DNA from: the human T2T-CHM13v2.0 reference genome, Homo sapiens
DNA length: 64,000 nt
Reading direction: 5' to 3' (one strand)
Assembly (NCBI RefSeq): GCF_009914755.1
Contig: NC_060932.1
The notes beneath the pieces were generated by a model. It saw nothing but the letters and a program-made list of their open reading frames with translations, searched no databases and was not told the origin of the DNA. Numbering within the stretch: the stretch's first letter is position 1; each line of letters opens with the position of its first letter. A program made the position numbers and the translations under genes. This document shows positions 27,811 to 43,040 of this stretch, in pieces.

Positions 27811-30800
27811 CACCTTAAAAAATCATAAAGTAACAGATGTTTCTTTTGAAGTCATAAGGCAGCCCTAATCCAAAGCGGAAGAAATGTTCTTGCATTTATT
27901 ATGGCTGATGTTTTCCAGGGAGGGAGATCACACAACCTGTTTGTTTCACTTGCATTATTTATGTAGTGTTCTTCCAGGTACTCTGCATGCCCCTCTAAGC
28001 ATTATGATAATGGGATCGACAAAAGATAGGCAGTGGGCGATTTCCACGTGGAAACGTGCAGCTGAACAAATGCACCAGGGATGAAAACGCCCAGTAACAT
28101 AAAGACAGGGATGGGTTCACAGGGGCAAACTGCAAGGGGATGGGCGTGCCTGGCAGGGAGGGAGCCAGGATGGGGCCAAATCGGTAGCTGTGGACAGCTT
28201 GGGAAGGCACACTGAGGCTTCCAGGCTCTGTCTCAGGGAGCTGAAGCTCAGTCATGGAAGTTAAGAATCGATGCATTTATATTTGTTTTGGGACACATTT
28301 TCAATGCATTTATTTTTATTTTCTTTTTCCTTAGCTTCTCTATCCTCTACACATTCCCTGTCACAGAAGGGTATGGAAGCCTGGTTCTTGTTATATAAGT
28401 TCATATTTTAAAGGGAGTAAATGCTCCCTCAGTGTTCCCAGCCAAGACTATACAACCTTAATCCCGTTAACCATCATGTCTTAATTTAGAAACCATAGAG
28501 GGAGAACTCAGAAATGAAATCAATTTTCTTTCTTCTTGATATTATTAGAAGTACAAGTTATAGGCTACACCATCAAATCTCTTCAGAAAAAAAAAAAAAA
28601 AAAAAAAAGAACACTTGGCTAGTCTCACCACTACACAAATCCTTCCTAATTGCAAGAAAAATAATGACTAGACCATGCTATAAAGTGAACTCAAAATGGC
28701 AACTCTCTATTAAAGCAAGGGATTGATAGGAAGCCAACCTGCATGAAATTAGAATCCGACTAGTAAAAAAAAAAAGTCAGTTTCAACTAATGTACCTATA
28801 GCCTATGAGGCTTAAATTACGAACCCAACGTATGTTTAATATAAAGATAATTTTGGCACATGACATCATCCCCTATATTTAGACTGCCTCCACTGCTGCC
28901 ATGGCAACCCTGACTTAAAACATAGCTCAGTGGGTAATTTCACTCCAAATTAAATGAAAATAAGGCTAATCCTATTATTGTTCCTAACAATTTTCCAAGT
29001 AGCTTCTTCTGAGAGTGCCCTTGCTTATATGCCCTTTTTTAAAAATAGATTATGGGAAGATCATATGTGTATCTGCCCTCACTCCACTCACAGTCACTCG
29101 CACCACCCTCCTGGCTCTGTGGAATGACCCTGTGCTTGGGAAGAGGTTGCAGCACCCACAATGCTCCCCGTCCCTGTCTATGCAATTCGGGAATGGGGAA
29201 ACCTTTTAAATATACCAATTTGATTCATGAAATATTTCAGAGACTGTCACTGTAGAATTACTGTAAAATAATAGGCTTTTTAAGATAAATCATATTATGC
29301 ATTTGTATAGGCCTTAAAAGGGTACTTCAAATTATTCTGTTTTATGTTTTAAATGTGCTCCTGTAGGTTTCCATAGTTATTTAGGAGAACCATCTTTTGC
29401 TTTTCAGCCTCCACTGAAGAGTCATTGAAAGCTGAGAGTTCCACTTAAACGTAGTCCTTGTGACTGTGTCAAGATACTTCTTTTGACTATTATGATAAAC
29501 ATTAAATGTTACACATACACACAAAACACTGTTGACCCACGACATATGCTAAATTGCTTTTCCATCTTTACCCCGACAGTTACCTGTTCAAGGCTTTATG
29601 ATCCAGCCTGTAGTCCTGAAACAGAGAAACTCTACTTCTCTGACAGGGCATTGAAGCTCAGACCTGGACTACACTGACTGAGGGGCTATACATAGAGAGA
29701 AGAAAATGCCGTGGAGTCAGAGACCTTGAACCTGAGCTCTGCCAAGGGCTCCATCAGCTTTGCCATCTCTTGTCCTCTGCATATCTCAGTTTTATTTTTA
29801 AATCTACAATAATAAAGAGACAATAGTAGACAATAGTAAGAATAATGACCCCACAGGGCTTTTGCGCCAAGCAAATAGGACAATATAAGTCATCCCAAGA
29901 ATACAAGTATAAATACAACTCTATCCCCGGCTAATCATGGCTATTTGAAGAGAGCAGCTAAGCTAACAGGCAACAGAGTTTATTAGACATGAAGGCACAC
30001 AGGATCATAGTTCCCACTGATAACTTTCCCACCAGCTTCCCTAGCAAATACAGAGAGAGATTCCAGTGATGTAGAAGATGTCTTCCAGCCTGGATCCAGG
30101 CACCAAGAAGACAGTGGTAGTCTCTCTGGCTATCTGTGCTGATACTCTCTATGACAAGGATGATCAATTGTTGCCATAAAGTGCTACAATGGTCCCATCA
30201 ACTTTTCAGAACACGCTTCTCATCACACTCATGATCTGTATTTTCTGACACAAACTAAGTTTCTTTGGCAAAAGCTGCCACTGATCATAGGTTCTAGAAT
30301 CACTAACAAATCGGCCTCACTTCCTTTACCTCTCTCCCAACCTGACATCTTACTAGCAAGGTGTGCAGTCAATGCCCAATACCTCTGGACTGTCCTAAAA
30401 ATAAGACCTTTAACTTTAAGCATATAACTTCTGAGAATGAGTCCCTATATATTTTATACTTCAATTATTTTCTGAAAACCACAATAATTTTAAAACTAGG
30501 AAGAGGTGAGATCACTTGAATATCTTTAAATGATTAGTAGAGCATATGTACTAAAGAGATGCTTAATAAATTCATTTTTAAGATTTTTTTTTTTAGCACA
30601 GCCTCTCTTTTTACAAATCGACTTGTCTGAAGTCATAAGGATTTGCTTTTGGCAGAACCTGTGGTATAACTTAGGTTATCCACCTCTCGGCTCAGCTTTT
30701 GCTTCCATGAACTCTAATGTTAGACATAGCGAGATAGGTAATAATTTAAACAAATTCCTGAGTGTTTAAAGTTAAAGTCATACAACCTACATTAAGCAGA

Positions 30801-32040
30801 TTGGTCCTGGCTAATCTAAAAGTGTTGTTCAGCATGAAAAAAATTGAAAACAAAGACAATCTAGGTAGAATTTGTTTGGTTTCTTCCTCCCTCCTATTTG
30901 AAATAACATTTAAAACAAGCACAATAAAATCAACCAGGAAAGGACTTCTCCATGAATAGGAATCATCAGCATTGAGCCTTGTGATTTGGAAAACAAAGTG
31001 CAACTCAATTCAATTCCAATAATCGGTTTAAAACAGGTGCTCATATTTACAATATGCTTCATGTTTGACATGTTTGTCTGGTAGCCTTCATACTAAAATG
31101 CAAACTGCAACCTGCCGACATGTTCACAATCACTCATTCCATATTCCCCTCTTCCTACTCATAAATGGCCAACATTTCCTCTGTGTCTACCTGAGTTTCA
31201 ACATACCCATTCTTGTTTAGTCATATTTCAAGATCTAAAACAGATAACTGAAGCAGTTTTAAAGTGTTCAGGTTTAAAATAATAAAAACAATAACACAAT
31301 TTTACATGCAACAAATGACTTAATTCAAGATAGAAATTAAGGCCTTAAACATCTATGCTATGTTTTTAAGTCTCTCAAATGGCACTTATGGACACAAACG
31401 ATACTATTCTTGCAATCACGACCATCACTCCTAAATAGGCGGTACTTCATTAGATCTTGTTTTCCTTTGTCTCTACTGGGGTACACACCAGAGAACTGAC
31501 CACCCTGCGGTTAATTTTATACATATAGTGGACTAAGATGTGTGTTAAGTTATTTTGCCTTTGAGGATCTTGTAGCCACGGGCACTTCCCCACAGGTGGC
31601 TACAGAATGTGGTACACAGTCTTCACGAAGAAAAAGGAAAGCACAATCATATATCTGCAGCAGTCTGTCAATTCTCGCTAACGTGAGATAAAAGAAAATA
31701 CACAATCTAAAAATCTCTGCTCACAGTGAAACAGCTTCAGACCAAACCCAAAACTAACTCACCTTACTTGGTTGCTTTAAAACAGTCCAAAAATGACAGC
31801 ACTACAAGTTCAAGCACACAGATGACTTCCCGAGCTCCAAACACCAGCACAAAGACATCTTAGAAACTTTGAAATTACTCACAGTAAAGGTAACTTTTCC
31901 AGAGCCAAAAGAGCAAGGCAAAAAAAGGAACACACATGCTTGCCCATGAACGTCCAGAGACAAGCAATTCTTGAAGCTCGTTGGGGGAAAAACGGGGAAA
32001 ACACACCTGTATCCTTTGTGGCATCTCTTCCCGGGACTTA

Positions 32041-32277
<237 letters not shown>

Positions 32278-33030
32278 TCACATTTCAGGATGGTTTTCAT
32301 ACACGAGTGTGTCCACCAAGTGTCACTCTTGATCAGCGACAAATATTTTCTGAACCCAAAATTGAGACACTCAATCTAAAAAGAATCTTTTGGTATGTTA
32401 ATGAGTTCTATGAAAAGGCTTACAAGACTCTAACATTTAAATTATCTTATTAACTGAATGGCCATTGCGGGAAAGATGGAAACGGTGGCTTTTCTGAAAC
32501 ATGGAAAGTGTAGTTGCCATGTACCTGACATTGATAGGCAGCCTAACAAGATTTTCAGAGATTTTCTCCGAATCCTGGAAGATGACACTATGTAAGCAAC
32601 ATTTTGAGACTTAAAAACATGTGGGCGTTTATTCATGGATACCTGGCTTTGAGAATACTGTGCTCTTAAAAGAAATGGTTGTCTTAAATTTATTTTCCAT
32701 AAATTTGGGATTAATTTGGGTTTTGAATTTCAGATAGCTATTGAGTAACATAAAAGAGGCACATCACCTCATAAAAAGGTTCTGAGTAGAAAACAGTTGC
32801 ATGAAACTTAAAATGGAATATCTTAGAAAAGTGATAAGTGAAAGGCCAGTAAAGATAAAAGTGCATTTAAAATAGAAACTAACAATTAAAAAATTATTGG
32901 TTAGAAAGGAAACAGATCTTGGTAAGTTTGCTATAGAGTAAAAAAGCTTCTTTGTTACATTTATTTTATCTATTACAAAATATTATATGCATTTTAAACT
33001 ATATATAGTTGATATATATAACATATAATC

Positions 33031-33175
33031 TATATGGTAGTTTATATATAAATAACAAACTATATAGTAGTTTATATATAAATAACAAACTATATGGTAG
33101 TTTATATATAAATAACATAAACTATATGATAGTTTATATATAAATAACATATAAACTATATGATACTTTATATAC
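33031..33175. repeat. AT-rich 30-34 bp minisatellite, ~4.5 copies
   Basis: Unit tatatggtagtttatatataaataac(at)0-2aaac. Confidence 0.9.
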
Positions 33176-34222
33176 TATATATAGCTATGTTATATATATA
33201 AATTACATATATGAGAGAGAAGTATTTTAAAATAACATGTTTTAAAGCATGTTTTTTAAAATATCTTCCTTCCCTCCTTTCTTTCTTCCTTTTCTTTCTT
33301 CTTTTTCTTTCTTTCCTCAAATACTTCCTATCCATAATATATATTTAACAGTCATTAATTCTGATACTGCAATGTGGATGATATGTAAAAGTCAGCCTGT
33401 TACCAAGATGGGGGGAGTTTGCTGTAAGCAGAGGTTGTGTGACCGGCCTGAGCTCTTACAAAGTGCATATCTTCGACCCTACCCACCCTCTCTCCACCAA
33501 AATTATACCGAAGTGAGAGGAAATGACCTCCTTTTATTAACTCTTCCCAAGTTGCAAGTTCCAATATTTCTTTCATCTTTCAGCGATGTTCGTTTTATTT
33601 TGGCAGGATCTAAGCCTCACAAAAACGTCAAAATAGAACCAATCTTGTCGGCAACAGTAAGAGGGTGATATAGGTCCCTTCAAATTAGCTGCCTTCAGTT
33701 TACTCAGAAGAATGCCAGGGGCATAGGGGTAGTTGACAGCACACGGTTTTTGTTCCCGGAGTTTGGAGTATTGCATTTCCCATCCTTCCTACGGGATGCC
33801 AGGCTGGTCTACACACTAGGCATTCTCATGCTGTTTATGTCAACTAATGCTAATGGCAGCTTTAGAATGGACGTCTTTGAGAGGTACACTTGGAGGAAAA
33901 TTACTACCTTCAAGTATGAACGAAATCAAGACTACATGAGGGATGGGTGTTCTCATGTTTTAATAGTTAGCCAGTCTGTGACTCCCATCCAAAGCACGTG
34001 ACGTTGTGGAAAGGGCTGCCCATGTTTTGTAGGACATCTCAGGAAACTCATTTTTTAGATCCCAAATTTATTTTAAGATTAATAATTATTAAGTGCACAG
34101 ATTATAAAAATTATGCTACCACGGTAGTGTTTCCTTTTAAAAGTGTAAAACCAAACACGAATAAAAATAACTGTGTGTATACTACAATTTGAAAACTGCA
34201 AAAGTACTTCCTGTGCCCACTA

Positions 34223-34483
34223 CCAAATGTCTGTCCTGCCCCCCGCCCTCCGTGGGCACCACTGTGCAAGCACACACACTTCCCTGGTCAACTGAGAACA
34301 AGCTGCACAACTGCCCAGCTCGCCACAGTTTTTATTACATTCTTGGGAACAGCCGAATGTCTCTCCTGCCCCCCGCCCTCCGTGGACACCACTGTGCAAG
34401 CACACACACTTCCCTGGTCAACTGAGAACCAGCTGCACAACTGCCCAGCTCGCCACAGTTTTTATTACATTCTTGGGAAGAGC
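34223..34483. repeat. 130-bp tandem duplication (2 copies, 5 mismatches)
   Basis: 34223-34352 versus 34353-34482 aligned by hand. Confidence 0.97.
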
Positions 34484-36339
34484 TACTGGGAATGTGATCA
34501 TACATATACAGTTCCCTGTCAAAATTGTATTTTTGAACAGAGATAAAAATCAGTACCATATAAAAATAAGAGGAAGAACATATTCCAGCCATGAGGAAAA
34601 ATACAGTGGCTACTACTGAGATTCAGATATTGGGCAGAATTCAGCTCTAAGCCCCTTGTGTTGGGATAATGGTGAATCAGGTTAACAACTAAAAGTGACT
34701 CATACTCTACGTTGTTTTTCTTTAAACGCAAATATAAATATCTCCTTCATAAAGGGATGAGGTAAACAGGATCACTAGAGACAGATATTTACTTTTATTA
34801 TTGATTAAATAACTCTATATAAACATATCACACACATTAATATTTCCAGAGTAATAATTGTTTTTCATGTATAAATATATAATTTTATTTAATATTTAGA
34901 TTTTATTCTTTTCTCTGAATTCATTATATACTACAAAAGTTATGGCATCTCAATGTAAACACAGATGCAGAAGAAAAGAGTTCTAATACCTTTATTACCT
35001 AAGAAGATAAAATATCATAGATGTGTGGAATTAAAAGAAAATTATCAAAGTCCACGTTACCAAAATGATGTAGTTGAAAGATTAATGACATATTAATTGA
35101 AATCCAACTGCTGAAACTACATACATTCTTCATAATTCACCTTGTTGGCAAGAAATCCCCCCTTTCAATGTTTCAGAGGGGAAAATAAAAAAAGGAAAAA
35201 AAAAAACTGACATCAAATGATTATGAATTTTTGTCATGGCAGTCGATGAGCTGAATCACTTTCTATTATTTAAAAAGCTTTGAAATAGTCGTATTTATGT
35301 GCATGGTATAGAATAAACATAGAATACAAGTGTATAGAATAAGAAGCTTAACCGATTCTTCTGGGAAAACCTCTCAGTAACCTTGACCAGAAGTGAATTT
35401 AAACCTATCTGACAGGAGTGTTTACAGGCAGCCAACGTAACAGGGACACCAGCCATAGCTCCAGGACAGAGTCCAGGGCCCCCACCCTGCAGCCATTAGC
35501 CCCCTGGTTTCTCCACTGCTGGAAGGTTCGATGACCTGCAGAAGGTGTCTAGGGAGTTTGTAGGGCTCCGGGTAGTGGATATGAGTTAACTGGTAAAAGA
35601 GGGTTCTTTTTTATTTTAACAGCTGACAGAACTGTGCTGGTGCCCACCCCTGAGTACCAACCCTGATCAAATGAGCATACCTCACTGCCATGCAGTTTCC
35701 TTCTATTTAAAATGCCAGTGGCTGAGCTGGATAAACTGCAATGTTATGCCCCTGTCTAATATTTGAGTCCCCTGAGTCTAAGATCTTAGACACTTACTAT
35801 CTACATTTTCCTAGAATTTCCGTTGATGAATGAGTGGATCATGGAGACCCATAGTTCACTGGGCCAGCATGAGTACTAGGCTCACTGAATCCAGGTAAGA
35901 CCAGAGCACTGACTGCAACAGACAAGTGGTGAAATTTAAGGGTAACTTTGTTGGGAAAGGAGTAGATGACATAAAGAAGGCAAAATAGAAAAGTCAAATA
36001 AAATGAAGAAAAAAACAATTAAGGTAGCACAGAGGAAAAAAAAAATTCCCAAACCTTATGACTATTGCATTTCTTCAGTAGATATGTTAATGTCCATAGA
36101 ATATTCCGGAATGAGTTACAGTTAGAATCAGGCCAAAATAATATATGCAAGATATATTAGAATTGTTTGTATAGCACTCCACATAAAATATAGTAGAAGA
36201 TTATTAAGATAGTCTGATTGATTAATTGAATATTACACATATAAGACAAACAAAAAAACTTCATGGTACTCATGGGATAAAATGCTTAAATCACAGAAAA
36301 TCTTTAGCACAGAATGAGGCAAAATTAGTGTTGGTGCTT

Positions 36340-36410
36340 GTGAGTGTGTGTGTGTGAGTGTGTGTGCATGTGTGTGCGTGTGTTTGTGTGTATGTGTGTG
36401 TTTGTGTTTG
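36340..36410. repeat. Imperfect (TG)n
   Basis: Read directly from the sequence. Confidence 0.9.
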
Positions 36411-37250
36411 AAAGCACCTGCTATAGTGCTGTAAGTACTTCTCTAACAAAACTTTTTAACTCTTAATTTCTCCGCTATTTTTGTAAGGGATTTTACTTTC
36501 TGAACAGCAACATTTTAAACATAATAGCATTTGAAGAAGAGCTACCTAACTACTATGTTTGATGAGCAAAACATTTTTAAAAATAAATCAGTTTGTTTCC
36601 TCTTAGATCTATGAAGCTCTACAGGATGATCAATTTTATAAATAATGCCACAGAGGAAACAGTTTTCAAAGCCCATTTCGACTGAGAAAAATTAATTACT
36701 TAATTTTTGATATAATATTTACTTGTGAACTTATCTTCCAGTTTAGCTGCTAAAGATATTAAATTGCTCCCACATATCGCTAAAGGATAAAAGCTTTGCT
36801 GACAGAAATGGGAACCATTATCCCTGCAGTGTGGAGTGCTACAAGGACCCAATATGATTAAATGTACATCATAAATGATGAGTGAAGAGACATTATTTAA
36901 CAAAGTATATTGGAAGAACTGAATAGAAAGTTTTAAAATATCAACTTAAAAATTCCCTCATACAAAATACCTGTTACACAAATTAAAATGTTTGAATGTA
37001 TTAAATAATGGGTAACTTGTTACATTAAAATATAATATATGGTCTCAAATTAAGCATTATCTCAACTAAACAGAAATTGTGAATGTTACGGAAGCAAAAA
37101 TAACTTTATAAGTAAACCAATCTCCCTGTTTAATTTTTTCAAAATAAATGTATAAAAATAAAAACAACACAATAAAAAAATATTTGCAACAACACAGCAG
37201 GGGGATATTATTTATACTTACTTGCTTTGTATTTTAAGAAACAAGATACA

Positions 37251-37659
<409 letters not shown>

Positions 37660-38683
37660 CTAGAACAAACCAAAATTAAAAACAAACACAGGTGAAGTTT
37701 CAATCTTTCTTATTATGATAGGCATTCAAATTAAAACAACACTGAAATGCCTTCTAATATACATTAAAAAGATAAATTCTGAAAATACATAAATACGAAG
37801 AGTAAAACTGATCTAGTTGTATGTTCCTAATATCAACATGCATTAACACAGTGCTTCAGGCGATTTACCAACACAGGCGAGTGACACTGAGAGGGCTCAT
37901 ATACGCCGGCAAATTACTCAACTTAGGGTCTGATGTCTACTGAGTATATTGTACGTGTCTGATATTCTACCAAGGTCATTATGTGAACTATTTAGTTTAA
38001 TCACATCCAAAACGTGTGATAAAATGTTTGTTTTTGTTCCTCTTTCACAGCTACCAAAAGAGAAATGTTTTTCATTTTTTTAGAAAACAGAACAAAACAA
38101 AAAAACCATCAACTGGAAAACATTCAGAGACTCAGAAAATATATGATCAACTAAATAAAATTAAAATTAATCACCATAAATACTCTATAGTAAAACAGAA
38201 AAAAGGGTATAATGTCTGATCTGTGAAAAAGCAGAACAAATTTATCTACGTTAAGCTGTATACATATGTACATTTCAACTTAACTATAAAGACTAAGAAA
38301 TATAAACATTTTAATATAATTGTGGTATTATAGTAATATAATTGTTATGAGGGATTTAAAAACTCCTTCAATCTTTTGTCAAGAAATAGTTTAACATCTA
38401 GAAAACATCCCAGTAACATTCATGAATAATGAATGAAACTTGGGAATTCTTAATCATAGTACGTGTAGAACTTTATGTGTTTCTGAGAGAGTATATCCAC
38501 AAACAATATATTTAAAACATATTAGAGATGCTGTTGTTTTTGTTTTAAAATAAATTCTGCCATGAATCTTTTTTTTTTTTTTAAAGGAAAGGCTATTTTA
38601 TAGTAAAATAAAATGGCCTAATTTATCTATTATATATCTGGATTTTTGTGTTATATTCAGCAACAATGAAAACATAAAAATGA

Positions 38684-39455
<772 letters not shown>

Positions 39456-40442
39456 AGTTTCAAGCCTACAGACATTCATTGTACTTGCAGAAAACGTAAT
39501 GCAGGGGCGGGTCCGGCTCCTTGAACAGACACACGTGGCCGGGTGGTCACTCCCTCTGCAACCAATTAGACACAGACAAGTGCTTTGCAGGGCCACTGTC
39601 TCAACATGGTGGCCGACATGAACACTGAATTATCTCCAGTTTCAAATCATGTGGCGATACACTTGCCTTTCTCAACGAATTGGCTCATTCTTTATTTTCT
39701 GAATTGTCTTTTATTGTGTAAGGACGTTCCACATGGGATTATAAGGTTTGCAGTCATAAATTCACTCTCAATTGAGAGAACATAGGGTGTCTCCCATGGA
39801 TACTATATTTGGTGCTTTCTTCCCACTTCAAACAACAGAAGAACTTTCAAGACTCCCTCATTTGATTTGTTTCAGCTAAATATGTGGAAGTGAGTTATTG
39901 TATACAAGCAAACATTAACATCAGAATAATTAGTGTCAGAATCTCATTTGCACTTGGCATTAACAGACCCCGGATTGCTAGCATAAGCACTGTCTTTTAA
40001 TTCCCTGGTCCCCATGAACAGGAGCTGGCTGCCAAAATCACTGGGAATTGGCTTAGAAGTTGACTTTGCAGAACCATGCATTTATGTTAATTAATTTATT
40101 CATTCAATACATACGAAAACTAATTCTCTACTAGAATGAGCAGAGAAGGGTTTTCTGAAAACACAATATTTAGGACAGATTTGAAAAAAAGGAACTATTC
40201 AAGGAATGAGCTGGAGGAAGAGCATTCCCAACAGATGCAACAGAAAGCACCATGTCCGAGGAGACTTGATATTCACATATCAACCACAGATGATTTATGT
40301 ACTGCAAATTCCCCATGACATTTTTGGGTGCATTCTCATGCAGTTGCTGAGAATTCCGGGACAGAAATATATTGACTTTCTGCGCAGGAGTAAGGATCAT
40401 TCACCCACAGGATCATGACTCTGGAATAAACAAAAAATGAAA

Positions 40443-40713
40443 AGCATTTGGGAGGCTGAGATGGATGGATCACCTGAGGTCAGCAGTTTGAGGCCAGCCT
40501 GGCCAACATGGTGAAACCCTGTCTCTACTAAAAATACAAAAAATAGCTGGGTGTGGTGGTCCATGCCTGTAATTCCAGCTTCTTGGGAGGCTGAGGCCGA
40601 AGAATCGCTTGAACTTGGGAGGCAGAGGTTGCAGTGAGCCAAGATCACCCCACTGCACTTGGCCTGAGCGACAGAGTGAGGCCTTGCCTCAGAATAAATA
40701 AATAAATAAATAA
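40443..40713 (+). mobile_element. AluS, 5'-truncated
   Basis: ttgggaggctgag...ggatcacctgaggtcag...(AAAT)n tail. Confidence 0.92.
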
Positions 40714-40823
40714 TGGCAATATTCTTGGGATGTTAGTTTTATTTATAATTGATCCTTCCCCTTGTCAAATCCATAGGTAAGCAAGAGAGGGAACAGCACT
40801 TGTTTATGTCCTTTTCCTTTTAA

Positions 40824-41286
<463 letters not shown>

Positions 41287-42739
41287 ACGACTTTTACTAT
41301 TTCTCAGTGAAATCAAGCACTGATGCCCACTTTCATAGAACATGCCTTCTATATATTTTCTATTCAAAGCTGTGAACTACTCAAATCACCACTCATAATA
41401 AAACCAAAGCTTACCAGGCCCTGAAAGGCATTATGTGAGCTGGAATCTTGGCTTCTTCTGTTCCTCATCCTCCACCTCCTTTGGCTCCCATTTCCTCTTT
41501 TCCTCACTGGGTCTAGCCACACTGCTTCCTGGGGCCAGGGCACCTATGTTCCTGCCCTAAGGCCTTTGCAATGACCACCTGCCTGAGAAGCACATCTCCC
41601 TGTCTGACTTCAGAGCCCCTCACAAGGCACTTTCCTGCCCGCCCTCTCTGGCCACCATATTTAAACTAGCACTCACCTAGATTGCTTCCCACCTCTCCAT
41701 CCTGTATGCTTACCTCTCGGTGCGTGCTGAGTGCAAAGCAATGGAATGCAAGCTTTATGAGCCTGTTCTTGCACTTGCGTGCACCTGTTCCTAGGAGGCG
41801 GCCTGATAGAAGTATTCTTTCTTCCTCTTTTTTCTTTTTCATGCAATGAATGAAAATTGAATGACTCTGGCTTTCCTACAGTTATATCAGTTGCAAACAA
41901 GCCTCTATTCATTTGTCTTTAACAAGTGTTGGGACTATGACAAAATATATTTAGGGGGCTATGCACGGAATCAAACCATATCCTCTCTAAGAATAGAAGA
42001 AGAAAAGTTTATTTAGTTATAGAGATCTGTGGCTTTCTTAAGAATGAGTGTTAAAAAAAAGTAGTCTATAAGAACTGCCTCAAGAACTCTTAATAGAGCG
42101 AAATTTCAGATAAAAATTAATTACCAAAAAGAACGATTCATAATTGTAGCAATCCATAAGAGGTTTATTTGTGTGTTTTTGCTTTGCTTGTTTTCAGCAA
42201 GCAGGAAAACCACAAGTCCAGGAGGTTTTTTCTTTGTTTTTAAACTCACCAGAGCTGCATGAAATAAAGTCAAGGCAGGTAGAGAAAACAAAATAGTCAC
42301 AGCAAAACATTTTAAAAGGACAAATATGAGCAAGCTACAGGGCAGCTGGAAAAATTAGTTCAAGTTCCATCAAGTTCAAGTTTAACTTAAAAACCACATA
42401 TAAAATATGAAATGTATTAAAATATGTAATTATTAAAACAATTATAGTTATTCTGTTCAATTTTTAGGTGATCTATTAATATAATGGAAGCTCCTTTTAT
42501 TCCATGGATACTAATAAGCATGAAAATATATCAAAGTTTTCAGACACTAATATGTATTATATAATTTTTTTTTATTTGGAATCTGAAATTTGGTGACAGA
42601 ATTAAATAAATGCTATTTAAAATTTCAGCTCTCCCTTGTTTACACATGATGCAGAACAAAACTTGAAGTTATTGTTGAAAGTTACAGATAAATACTTGAT
42701 TGTTAAAGTTAGCACACAACACATGATTCAGTATTTTCT

Positions 42740-43040
<301 letters not shown>

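Noticed and set aside
28135-28175. G-quadruplex-like G runs
   Set aside because: One loop is 11 nt and such patterns are common; no supporting context.
34189-34592. Four overlapping ORFs with repeated peptides
   Set aside because: A by-product of the 130-bp tandem duplication; no domain similarity or splice support.
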